Notes under the pieces: generated by a model | Told to the model about the DNA's origin: nothing | The model's database searches: none | Seen by the model: only the letters and a program-made list of their open reading frames with translations | Shown: positions 27,706-47,540 of the stretch, in pieces | Layout: every line of letters begins with the position of its first letter | Position numbering within the stretch: position 1 is the stretch's first letter | Source of the DNA: the human T2T-CHM13v2.0 reference genome, Homo sapiens | Reading direction: 5' to 3' (one strand) | Length of the DNA: 64,000 nucleotides | Assembly: GCF_009914755.1 (NCBI RefSeq) | Contig: NC_060936.1 | Position numbers and translations under genes: made by a program

Positions 27706-27860
27706 ACCAAGATCACTCCATGGATGAAATGACAGCTGTGGTGAAAATTGAAAAAGGAGTTGGTGGCAATAATGGGGGCAATGGTAATGGTGGTGGTGCC
27801 TTTTCACAGGCTCGAAGTAGCAGCACAGGCAGTAGCAGCAGCACTGGAGGAGGAGGGCAG
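27706..27860 (+). CDS. SP1: SP1 coding exon 2 (155 nt); contains second in-frame ATG at 27720 (MDEM..., would give a 778-aa form)
   Basis: Acceptor ttttag|ACC at 27705/6, donor CAG|GTAAGT at 27861; ORF track 27720 MDEMTAVVKIEKGVGGNNGG matches Sp1, including the VKIE SUMO consensus. Confidence 0.97.
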
Positions 27861-28156
27861 GTAAGTGATAATCATAGAGTGGGGAAGGTGTTGAGAAGAT
27901 GTAAATATTCTTAGATAATTGCCTTACTCTTCACAGAAAGCGTTTTAGGGAGAGACTAAACCATTTTATAGATAAGGAAGTAAGAGAATGGAGATCCCCA
28001 AAGACAAAGGAGTTTCAGCAATACAGATAGGTCAGCTTTTTGTTTCTGTTTTTTGCTCCTTGTCTGCACTACGTTGCTGTTTATTTGTTGTATACTGCCC
28101 CCTAGGCTGGCAGCTGGGTGTCACTAACTCCTTTCCTCTCCCTTATTTTCGGCCAG

Positions 28157-29669
28157 GAGTCCCAGCCATCCCCTTTGGCTCTGCTGGCAGCAACTTGCAG
28201 CAGAATTGAGTCACCCAATGAGAACAGCAACAACTCCCAGGGCCCGAGTCAGTCAGGGGGAACAGGTGAGCTTGACCTCACAGCCACACAACTTTCACAG
28301 GGTGCCAATGGCTGGCAGATCATCTCTTCCTCCTCTGGGGCTACCCCTACCTCAAAGGAACAGAGTGGCAGCAGTACCAATGGCAGCAATGGCAGTGAGT
28401 CTTCCAAGAATCGCACAGTCTCTGGTGGGCAGTATGTTGTGGCTGCCGCTCCCAACTTACAGAACCAGCAAGTTCTGACAGGACTACCTGGAGTGATGCC
28501 TAATATTCAGTATCAAGTAATCCCACAGTTCCAGACCGTTGATGGGCAACAGCTGCAGTTTGCTGCCACTGGGGCCCAAGTGCAGCAGGATGGTTCTGGT
28601 CAAATACAGATCATACCAGGTGCAAACCAACAGATTATCACAAATCGAGGAAGTGGAGGCAACATCATTGCTGCTATGCCAAACCTACTCCAGCAGGCTG
28701 TCCCCCTCCAAGGCCTGGCTAATAATGTACTCTCAGGACAGACTCAGTATGTGACCAATGTACCAGTGGCCCTGAATGGGAACATCACCTTGCTACCTGT
28801 CAACAGCGTTTCTGCAGCTACCTTGACTCCCAGCTCTCAGGCAGTCACGATCAGCAGCTCTGGGTCCCAGGAGAGTGGCTCACAGCCTGTCACCTCAGGG
28901 ACTACCATCAGTTCTGCCAGCTTGGTATCATCACAAGCCAGTTCCAGCTCCTTTTTCACCAATGCCAATAGCTACTCAACTACTACTACCACCAGCAACA
29001 TGGGAATTATGAACTTTACTACCAGTGGATCATCAGGGACCAACTCTCAAGGCCAGACACCCCAGAGGGTCAGTGGGCTACAGGGGTCTGATGCTCTGAA
29101 CATCCAGCAAAACCAGACATCTGGAGGCTCATTGCAAGCAGGCCAGCAAAAAGAAGGAGAGCAAAACCAGCAGACACAGCAGCAACAAATTCTTATCCAG
29201 CCTCAGCTAGTTCAAGGGGGACAGGCCCTCCAGGCCCTCCAAGCAGCACCATTGTCAGGGCAGACCTTTACAACTCAAGCCATCTCCCAGGAAACCCTCC
29301 AGAACCTCCAGCTTCAGGCTGTTCCAAACTCTGGTCCCATCATCATCCGGACACCAACAGTGGGGCCCAATGGACAGGTCAGTTGGCAGACTCTACAGCT
29401 GCAGAACCTCCAAGTTCAGAACCCACAAGCCCAAACAATCACCTTAGCCCCAATGCAGGGTGTTTCCTTGGGGCAGACCAGCAGCAGCAACACCACTCTC
29501 ACACCCATTGCCTCAGCTGCTTCCATTCCTGCTGGCACAGTCACTGTGAATGCTGCTCAACTCTCCTCCATGCCAGGCCTCCAGACCATTAACCTCAGTG
29601 CATTGGGTACTTCAGGAATCCAGGTGCACCCAATTCAAGGCCTGCCGTTGGCTATAGCAAATGCCCCAG
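28157..29669 (+). CDS. SP1: SP1 coding exon 3 (1513 nt): Sp box, Ser/Thr-rich regions and Gln-rich activation domains A and B
   Basis: Acceptor ggccag|GAG at 28156/7, donor CAG|GTAAGA at 29670; ORF 28118-29731 contains SPLALLAATCSRI (Sp box) and Q-rich tracts. Confidence 0.98.
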
Positions 29670-29934
29670 GTAAGATTTCCAATCTTGTGCATTTATTGGG
29701 AACCAACTCTAGCATCGTAGCTGAAACTTGAGTCTAAAGAAAGGAATAGAGCCTTTTGAGATAACACTTTCTTGAGGGTTAGTCATTTAGGCAAATAAAT
29801 TTGAGAAATAGAGATTCTGTTTAAGTAATTTGGAACTGAAGTAAAGGAAACTTCTCCAGTTAGTTTGAGGAAGGAGCACTTCTGGGCAATATTCTGGAGT
29901 CTGTAATACTCAGTGTTTTTGGTGCTGCAGAATA

Positions 29935-33297
<3,363 letters not shown>

Positions 33298-33549
33298 ACT
33301 TCTAGTTCTTTTGGCATATATATGTGGGTTTATAAATTGTTTACTTTTGTTACCAAGTTCTCATTCCATTTAACTGATTCTTACATAAGTGAGGGTAGCA
33401 AATAGGCAACCATATTTCCTGCCTCCTGCAGTTTTGGTAAATCTAGGGGGAAAGTCTGCTTAAGTTCCCTGATTTCTTACATTCCTGTGGTGTGTTTAGA
33501 AATACTACATGTTGAGCTTTAACAAGACAGTAATTTTCTTAGTTAATTG

Positions 33550-33720
33550 AAATCTTAGAATTGAAAGTTAGAGCTGGAAGGGACTGAAGTTATTTAGTAC
33601 AACTGCCTTATTTTCTAGATGAGGAAATTGAGGTACAGAGAATCACTTAATGAGACAACAGCCAGAGCTGAGGCTAGTTTTACTAGTCTAGGGTGCAACC
33701 TGTTTTAACTAGGGACTTGA
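33550..33720 (-). mobile_element. MIR fragment
   Basis: ttagagctggaagggac...ttttctagatgaggaaattgaggtacagaga matches the MIR core region. Confidence 0.65.
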
Positions 33721-33869
33721 ACAATTCTTTAGATTGTTAAAAATGTATTCGAGCCAGCCTGGTGGCTCACGCCTGTAATCCCAGCACTTTGGGAGACTGA
33801 GACAGGCGGATCATGAGGTCAGGAGATCAAGACCATCCTGGCTAACATGGTGAAACCGCATCTCTACTA

Positions 33870-34100
<231 letters not shown>

Positions 34101-34689
34101 TTATAAAACATTTATAAAAATGTTTTATAAACTAAACATTTATGGGAATAGAAATGGGAAAAGTTTTATAAAAACTGACCTCTACAACGTAGAAAATTAG
34201 ACACTTCTGGGCAACCTACACCATCATGTTTATTTTCTATTTGCTCTTAGATTGAAGTGCCCGGTTTTGCTCTTCTTCAGAGCAAACTGTGGGATTATTC
34301 CTGTTAATAATTTGGATCCTTGCAATTTCTAAAAGGCTTATAACTTAGGGTTTAGAGAACAGTTATGAGGCATTCTCATTGCTAAATCATGCTCTGGGGA
34401 AGTCTGCCATTTAATATGTCATAGACTAGGGCTACCTAGTTGTTACTGATGGTGTTTGAGCTGAAGAAAATGCGTGTGTGTTTCTGTAAGGTAAGAGGAG
34501 CTTGACATTCACTAAGGAGATAATGAGGCATTGACAGGCTGTTTTGTAAGAGTTGAGATTGTTTGCTTCATTAATAGGGGTTTTTGAAGATCCAAGTTTT
34601 CTCCTTTCTGGCTAGTAATAATTGTGTAGTATTTCCCCTTTAATTGATATGACTTCATCCTTAAAGAAAGATAATAAAATCACTTCCTA

Positions 34690-35667
<978 letters not shown>

Positions 35668-36423
35668 TAAATTGACACCCCTCCCTCTTTTATCAACAGC
35701 TTTTCCTTTCATTTTGTAGTCATATTTTCCCAGATCTTTATTTTATTTTATTTTACTTTTCATTTAAAGCCTCAGATGTTTTTCTTAGCCGCTGCTGAAT
35801 CCTGAAACTCTTGCCGCAGGTTGACGGGGAGTTGGCTTTTAAAGATTTAAGTTTGGATGACTTCTTGTGAGTTCTGTCTAATAAAGAGTGCAGGGCTGGG
35901 CTTTGGCAGGAGAATAGAACATATTTCCTTGATGGGTATAATTCATTCACAAACCAAATTTCAGGTACTAAAAATAACAATTTCACATCTGCTGGGTTTT
36001 ATTGGGGTCAGGAAAATGTCTTCTCTTAGAAGTTAAGTTGAATGTGATACCAGGGTTGGTTTGCCAAGGGTGTCACTAAACTTGGAGTCAGATTGCTGAG
36101 AGCTAATTTGTTAAAAAGTTGTGTTTTAGAGCAGTACATTTGGACATTAATGAAAAGTAGGTTTAGATGATTTAAATGTCTTACCAGTTATCATTTTTGT
36201 GCAAAAGGTCATATGAAAGAATTTTCTATTTTAAGATTATATTTTATCAAATATAATGTTGAATGTTTCTGCGTCTTTTGTCTTTCCCTAGTATTATACT
36301 TGTTTCTCTTTTTAATTTAAAAAATTTATTTTCTAGAGATATCAGCACAGAAAGATATACTTGTTTCTTAGGGTGTTTGGTGCTTTTTAAATGGTTATTT
36401 CAGTTTAAGTAGGAAAGATCTCA

Positions 36424-36816
<393 letters not shown>

Positions 36817-37680
36817 TCATTCCAGTGGCTTTCTCTTTATAAATGACGTCATTGTTAAATCACGTTGCCTTGTGTAATGGGGCCATTTTAGTTCTTAATT
36901 AAATAACAAGAGTGCCTTCTGTTTCAGAAACGTTTAGTATCTGTTCTATCTCCCTTTCCCTTTGTTTCATTTTGTAAAGTAGCATGTAAACGTGCAACTA
37001 ATAATTCTGCTCATGACTTGCTTTTTTTTACCCTCTTTGAAAATGTTTTAAAATGTAAGATGAACATCTGTAGGAAAGTTATTATATCATGCTTTTTAAG
37101 TTACTTTTTGGGTGTCTGTCAACTTTAGTAGATAATAATTAGTTGAGTTTTTTCATTTTACTATTTAATAGAAAAGCAAGCACATTATTTTTCATATTTC
37201 TTACAGAAAGTGTTACAATAGTATTATTATCCTTTTCTTTAACATTTAGCAGTATGCAGGGCCTGGTATGCTAAAGGATTACTTTAAAATATATTTGCCC
37301 ACACTGTGATATGACTATATTGTTAATACTGTGTTAGACTTTAAGAATTATTTCCCTTAGAAGACTGAGAACTTTTTTTTTTTAAGTAATGTCTTTTTTT
37401 TTTTTTTTTTTTTGAGACGGAGTCTCGCTCTGTTGCCAGGCTGGAGTGCAGTCTCCACCTCCTGGGTTCAAGCGATTCTCCTCCTTCAGCCTCCCGAGTA
37501 GCTGGGACTACAGGCGTGTGCCACCAGGCCTAGCTAATTTTTGTATTTTTAGTAGAGACGGGGTTTCCCCATGTTGGCAAGGATGGTATCCATCTCTTGA
37601 CCTTGGTTTCCACCCGCCTCGGCCTCCCAAAGTGCTGGGATTACAGGTGTGAGCCACTGCGCCCAGCCTTTTTTTAAGTA

Positions 37681-37995
37681 ATTTCAACTTTTATTTTGTT
37701 TGTTATATGATCTTGAGATTTGGGATACAAATGATCTTGTTACCCGGGTCCGGTCATGAGCATAGCAACCCAACAGTTTTTCCAACATTACCCCCGACCC
37801 TCCCCTATCTAGTAGTCCCCGGTGTCTATTGTTGCCATCTGTATGTCCATGAATACTCAATGTTTAGCTCCCACTTACAAGTGAGAACATGCAGTATTTT
37901 GTTTTCTGTTCCAGCGTTTATTCACTTACGATAATGGCTTCCAGCTGCATCCAGACATGGATGCAAAAGATATGATTTCATTCTTTTTTATGGCT
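37681..37995 (-). mobile_element. Old primate L1 3'-end fragment (L1PA15/16 or L1PB-like)
   Basis: tttagctcccacttacaagtgagaacatgcagtattt and ttcattcttttttatggct are antisense L1 3'UTR motifs. Confidence 0.8.
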
Positions 37996-38331
37996 ATCCT
38001 GAAAAACGTTTCTGTAGAAAGTTTCTAAGTGTATCTTTGAGTTGGTTGCAAATCTGTGCTGTAATTTGGATTTGTCCTTTTGTTCCAGTGTTTTTTGGAC
38101 TCTGAATGGCTTGTGGAAATTGGGCAATATGACTTGTTTGACAACTTTGGATGTGCATATCTAATTTATTATGAATCCTCCTTCTCACCTATATACAAAA
38201 TAAATAATTTAACCACTTAGAAGAAGGAGTTTTTTGTTTTTTTGAGACGGAGTCACGCTCTTGTGACAGAGGCTGGAGTGCAGTGGCGTGATCTCGGCTC
38301 ACTGCAACCTCTGCCTCCCAAGTTCAAGTGA

Positions 38332-38999
<668 letters not shown>

Positions 39000-39569
39000 T
39001 AACCGGGATTACAGGTGGCCCGCCACCATGCCCGGCTAATTTTTGTATTTTTAGTACAGATGGGGTTTCACCATGTTGGTCACCAGGTCTTGAACTCCTG
39101 ACCTCGTGATCTGCCTGCCTCAACCTCCCAAGTGCTGGGATTACAGGCATGAGCCACCACGCCTGGCCTAGAAGGAGTTTTAAAATATAAAATACCTAGA
39201 TCAAGACAAAGACTTAGGCAGGTAGTGGCTCAAGTCTGTAATCCCAGCACTTTCGGAGGTCGAGGCGAGAGGACTGGTTTAGCCCAGAAGTTCGAAACCA
39301 ACCTGGGCAACATAGTGAAACCCCCATCTCTTTTTTCTTTCTTTCTTTTTTTTCTTTTTTTTGAGACGGAGTCTTGCTCTTGTTGCCCAGGCGCGATCTC
39401 TGCTCACCGCAACCTCTGCTTCCCGGGTTCAACCGATTCTCCTGCCTCAGCCTCCTGAGTAGCTGGGATTACAGGCAAGCACCACCATGCCAGCTAATTT
39501 TGTATTTTTAGTAGAGATGGAGTTTCTCCATGTTTTTCAGGCTGGTGTCGAACTCCTGACCTCAGGTGA

Positions 39570-39963
<394 letters not shown>

Positions 39964-40151
39964 TGAAAACCAGAAGGTGGGCCAGGTGTGGTGCCTCACG
40001 CCTGTAACCCAAGCACTTTGGGAGGCCGAGGTGGGTGGATCACCTGAGATCGGGAGTTCAAGACCAGCCTGACCAACATGGAGAAACCCCCGTCTGTACT
40101 AAAAATACAAAATTAGCCCGGCGTGGTGATGCATGCCTGTAATCTCAGCTA

Positions 40152-40439
<288 letters not shown>

Positions 40440-40481
40440 TTATTTTTAAAAGTATCTTTTTTTTTTTTTTTTTTTTTGTGA

Positions 40482-40866
<385 letters not shown>

Positions 40867-41029
40867 TAGCCAGGATGATCTCAATCTCCTGACCTCGTGA
40901 TCCACCCGCCTCGGCCTCCCAAAGTGCCAGGATTACAGATGTGAGCCACCGCGCCAGGCTGGAGATAAGGTCTTTCTATGTTGCCTAGGGTAGTCTTGAA
41001 CTCCTGGGTTCAAGCAATCCTCCGACTCA

Positions 41030-41263
<234 letters not shown>

Positions 41264-41949
41264 TTAATCCCAGCTACTCCCAAGGCTGAGACAGGAGAAT
41301 CGCTTGAATCTGCGAGGTGGAATTTGCAGTGAGTTGAGACAGCACCACTGTACTCCAGCCTGGGCGACAGAGTGAAACTCCGTCTCAAAAAACAAAAGAA
41401 TATTTGTATCTTCTGTCTTGTCACATTAAAAAACAAAAAAGAGTGTCTGGTGTTATCACATTTTAAGGCTTCTTATTTACCTTTCTTAAGTGCTGTTTAA
41501 GAAATTCAGTTATACTTATGATTTAGTTAACTTACATAGGCATTTGCTGAACACCAGTATACTTAGTAATAAATTACTAGCAGGCTCAAGAATGAGAAAA
41601 GTATAAAAGTAAAAATGAGTTCCAGTTTTTGGTACTTCCTTCATAGACAGATTTAGCAAAATTTATTGAACATTTATTATGTGCCAATGCCCTAGCTTCT
41701 TGGAGTCCTTGAAACAGATAAGGTTGCTGCTAGGCCGGGCACAGTGGCTCATGCCTGTAATCCCAGCACTTTGGGAGGCTAAGGCGGGCAGATCAGGAGG
41801 TCAGGAGATCGAGACCATCCTGGCTAACATGGTGAAACCCTGTCACTACCAAAAATACAAAAAAAAAAAAAAAATTAACTGGGCGTAGCTGGGCATGGTG
41901 GCTCACGCCTGTAATCACAGCACTTTGGGAGGCTGAAGCGAGTGGATCA

Positions 41950-42165
<216 letters not shown>

Positions 42166-44290
42166 TCAAAAAAAAAAATTAGCCGGGTGTGGTGGCAGGC
42201 ACCTGTAGTCCCAGCTACTCAGGACGCTGAGGCAGGAGAATGGCGTGAACCCGGGAGGCAGAGCTTACAGTGAGCTAACATCGCGCCACTGCACTCCAGC
42301 CTGGGTGACAGACTCCGTCTCAAAAAAAAAAAAAAGCCAGGGGCGGTGGCTCACGTCTGTAATCCCAGCACTTTGGGAGGCCGAGACGGGTGGATCATCA
42401 GGTCAAGAGATGGAGAGCATCCTGGCCAACGTGGTAAAACCCCGTCTCTACTAAAAATACAAAAATTACCCGGGCATGGTGATGTGCGCCTGTAATCTCA
42501 GCTACTCAGGAGGCTGAGGCAAGAGAATCGCTTGAACCCGGGAGGCGGAGCTGGCGGTTAGCCGAGATCATGCCACTGCACTCCAGCCTGGGCGACAGAG
42601 CGAGACTCCATCTCAAAAACAAAACAAAACAAAACAAAAAACAGATAAGGTTGCTGCCTTCATAGTGTGCTTCTGTGCTCCGGTTGCTTTTATGCTATAG
42701 CTTTACTTAGTGTACTTGAGAGGAGACCAGTTTTCACTCACCTGTTTCTGAAAGTTGCAGACAAATGTATGAAATAATAGGGCCATAAATGTTTTGATTT
42801 ATGTTATAGTCTTCTGGGTACTGTGTTAGATGTTATTAGATTATTTATTAAAATACAATTTTTTTTTTAGAGTGTGAACATGGCTAACTGCAGCCTCAAA
42901 CTCGGGCTCAAGTGATCCTCCAACCTTTGTCTCCCAGAGTGCTGGGATTACAGGTGTGAGCCACCACACCCGGCCTCTCCTGTTTTCTTGAGAGTTGTTC
43001 TGTTTTCTGTAAATTAAAAAAAAATCATTTTTTTTCCTTTTTCATTTACCTTTCTAGACCCTGTTTTGTTTTTTGTTTTGAGCGGGAGTTTTGCTCTGTT
43101 GCCCAAGCTAGAGTGCAGTGGTGCAATCTTGGCTCACTGCAACCTCCACCTCCTGAGTTCAAGCAGTTCTGCCTCAGCTTCCCAAGTAACTGGGACTACA
43201 GGCGCCTGCCACCACGCCTGGCTAATTTTTGTATTTTAGTAGAGAGGAGACTTCAGCTTTTTGGCCAGGCAGATCTCAAACTCCTGACCTCAAATGATCC
43301 GCTTGCCTCAGCCTCCCAAAATGCTGAGATTACAAATATGAGCCACTGCGCCTGGCCTTAGACCCTGGTTTCACTAAAGTACTGTTTTACTTTTCTTACT
43401 CTCAGCTAATTCCTGTCACCCATCTCATCCTCCGCTCAAAAACCCCAACACTTCAAAAATGTTTATGAGGTAATTTAAGACATCTAAACACTATATAGGA
43501 TAATATAGTAATTTTTTTTTTTTTTTTTTGAGATGGAGTCTCTCTCTCTCACCCAGACTGGAATGCAGTGGTGCAATCTTGGCTCACTGCAACCTCTGCC
43601 TCCTGGGTTCAAGCGACTCTTTTTCCTTTTTTTTTCTTTTTTTTTTTTTTTGAGATGGAGTCCTGCTCTTCGCCCAGGCTGGAGTGCAGTGGCATGATCT
43701 CGGCTCACTGCAACCTGTGCCTCCTGAGTAGCTGGGATTACAGGCGCCTGCCACCGTGCCCAGATAATTTTTGTATTTTTAGTAGAGATAGGGTTTCACC
43801 ATGTTGGCCTGGCTGGTCTTGAACCCCTGACCTCAGATGATCCTCCCGCCTTGGCCTCCCAAAGTGCTGGGATTACAGGCGTGAGCCACTGCGCCCGACC
43901 GTAGATAATCTTTTACTTGTATCCTAGTTCATGAAACACAATGCATTACAAATACTAGTAAAGCCCATAAAAGCCCCCTTTGTTAACACTTTTTAACATT
44001 GCTACTGAACCTTTGGTCTTATCAGACAATGATATGGTTGTGTGTGTAGATGAACTTCCTTACTTTAATCTTCTAGTGCAAAATGACAGTAGAAAATTAA
44101 ACTATTTTGGTCTGAACTGACTGTTAATTTAGTGGAATTTCTTGACTTCTGCTTATAGAAGTAGGATGATTATAACTACTTAATTTCTTGTGATGTAGAT
44201 TTATAGATATACAAATACATATGAACAAATATCTAAGTATTAGCTATTCTTTGTACCACTTTAACCACTTTAGATTTGTCAGTGTTTTAG

Positions 44291-44566
<276 letters not shown>

Positions 44567-45585
44567 TGATTCACCCTCCTTGGCCTCCCAAAGTGCTGGG
44601 ATTAGACATGAGCCACCAAACCCAGTCTTTTTATTTTTATGTTTTAATAATATAAAATGTTCTTGCTACCATAAACATTTGGGTACAGAATAAATACGAT
44701 GTGAAGGAGAACTGTGGTTGTGCACAAAGGACTGCTGATGCAAATTACAGTTTCAGTGTGGGTAATGAGAAAATTAAAAGCATTTACTTGATAAAGATCT
44801 GTAGAACTTAAATTTGCAAACTTCTTTTGAGGATGGGAAAAATAAGTAACAATTATCTATAAATAATATCGATTAAAAACAGTCAAACAATGCAAAATTA
44901 ATAGAGAAAGTAAAATTTACTGAAATTTGTCCAAATGGATTCACTGTTGACAATTTGGTGAACATCCTTCCAGCCATCTTTTTGTACATTTCTGTACAAT
45001 TTATAAAGAAATCTATATATAGTTTTGTCAATATGCTCTTAAGTATGATCATACTATCCACAGTGCTTCGTAACCATTTTCACTGACCACTGTGTCATGA
45101 ACATCTTTTCTGTGTAAGTAAATGTAAGTCTGCATCATTTAAAATGATTTTATGGTAATTCCATAGGGTATTTGTATTAGAATTACTAGAATTAACTTAA
45201 CCTTATTGATGTACATTTGTTTCCAAAATTTCACTGTTATAAGCAATACTGTGATGAACATCCTTATCAAATATTTGATTAAACTTTTTTGTTTTTTGTT
45301 TTTTTGAGCCTTAGCCTCCCGAGTAGCTGGGACTACAGGTGTGCTCCACCATGCCCAGCTAATTTTTGTTTTTTTGTTTTTTGTTTTTGTTTTTTTTTGA
45401 GACGGAATCTCGCTCTGTCGCCCAGGCTGGAGTGCAGTGGCGCGATCTCAGCTCACTGCAAGCTCCGCCTCGCGAGTTCACGCCATTCTTCTGTCAGCCT
45501 TGAGAGTAGCTGGGGCTACAGGCGCCCGCCACCACATCTGGCTAATTTTTTGTATTTTTAGTAGAGACCGGGTTTCCCCATGTTA

Positions 45586-45711
<126 letters not shown>

Positions 45712-47390
45712 TCACTCTTGTTGCCCAGGCTGGAGTGCAGTGGCACGATCTCCGGCTCACCGCAACCTCCGCCTCCTGGGTTCAAGCGATTCTCCTGCCT
45801 CAGCCTCCCAAGCAGCTGGGATTACAGGCCACCACACCCGGCTAATTTTGTATTTTTAGTAGAGACGGGGTTTTTCCGTGTTGGTCAGGGTGGTCTTGAA
45901 CTCTCAACCTCAGGTCATCCGCCCGCCTCGGCCTCCCAAAGTGCTGGGATTACAGGCGTGAGCCACCGCGCCTGGCAATTTTTGTATTTTTAGTAGAGAC
46001 GGGAATTTCATCATGTTGGCCAGGATGGTCTCAATCTCCTGACCTAGTGATCCACCTCCTGGGCCTCCCAAAGTGCTTGGATTACCAGTGTGAGCCACCG
46101 GTCCCGGCTTAATCATTTTTAGTATATTCACAGGATTGTGCAACCATCACTACAACCCAAGAACATTTTGATCATCCAACAAAGAAACACCTCTTGCCCA
46201 TTGGCAGCCATGCCCCATTCTCACGTTCACTCTCAGCCCCAAGCAATGTATGTACTTTTCACCTCTGTAGAATTGACTATTCTAGATATTTCACATAAAT
46301 AGAATCTTACAGTATGTGGTCTTTAATGACTGGCTTCTTTCAATTAGCATAATATTTCCAAGGTTCATCCATGTTGTAGCATGTGTTAGTACTCTTTTTT
46401 TTATTGCCAAATAATATTTCATTGTGTATATATACCACATTTTGTTTATTCATTCACCAGTTGATGGACATTTGGGTTGTTTCTGTGTTTTAGCTATCAT
46501 GCATAATGCTGCTATGAATATTTGTTTATACGTTTTTGTGTGAACGTATGTTTTAATTTCTCTTGGTTATATACATAGGAGTGGAGTTACTGGGTTAGAT
46601 TCAGTTGTGATGAGTTCGAGTCTGTATCTTTGTTTTGTTTTGTTTTTTGGGTTGTTTTGAGACAGAGCCTTGCTCCGTCGCCCAGGCTGGAGTGGTACGC
46701 TCTAGGCTCACTGCAACCTCCACCTCCCGGGTTCAAGCGATTCTCCTGTCTCAGCCTCCGGAGTAGCTGGGATTACAGGTGTGTACCACCACACTGGGCT
46801 AATTTTTTTTTTTTTTTTTTTTTTTGAGACAGAGTCTCGTTCTGTCGCCCAGGCTGCAGTGAAGTGGCACAATCTCAGCTCACTGCAAGCTCCGCCTCCC
46901 AGGTTCACGCCATTCTCCTGCCTCAGCCTCCTGAGTAGCTGGTACTACAGGTGCCCACCACCATGCCTGGCTAATTTTTGTATTTTTAGTAGAGACAAGG
47001 TTTCACCATGTTGGCCAGGCTGGTCTCGAACTCCTGACCTCAGGTGATCCACCTGTCTCAGGCTCCTAAAGACCAAAGTGCTGGGATTGCAGGCATGAGC
47101 CACCTCATCTGGGTGAGTCTATATCTTGATCTTAAACATATTGGTTGCCCCATTTTATTACTATCCTTGGCAGTCTTACTGTTTTACTTAATTCCTAGAA
47201 ATATTAAGTTTTTCTGGCCTGGCACGGTGGCACGTGCCGTAATCCCAGCACCTTGGCAGGCCAAGGCGGGTGGATCACCTGAGGTCGGGAGTTCGAGACC
47301 AGCCTGACCAACATGGTGAAACCCTGTCTCTACTAAAAGTACAAAAATTAGCCGGGCATGGTGGTGGGCGCCTGTAATCCCAGGTATTCA

Positions 47391-47540
<150 letters not shown>

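Noticed and set aside
28118-28156. N-terminal extension of the 537-aa ORF (MSLTPFLSLIFGQ)
   Set aside because: It starts at a GTG in the intron 2 polypyrimidine tract; the real exon begins at the AG at 28155-28156.
35820-35866. Possible 47-nt cryptic exon (ccgcag|...|gtgagt)
   Set aside because: Weak polypyrimidine tract and poor exonic donor bases; not supportable without junction data.
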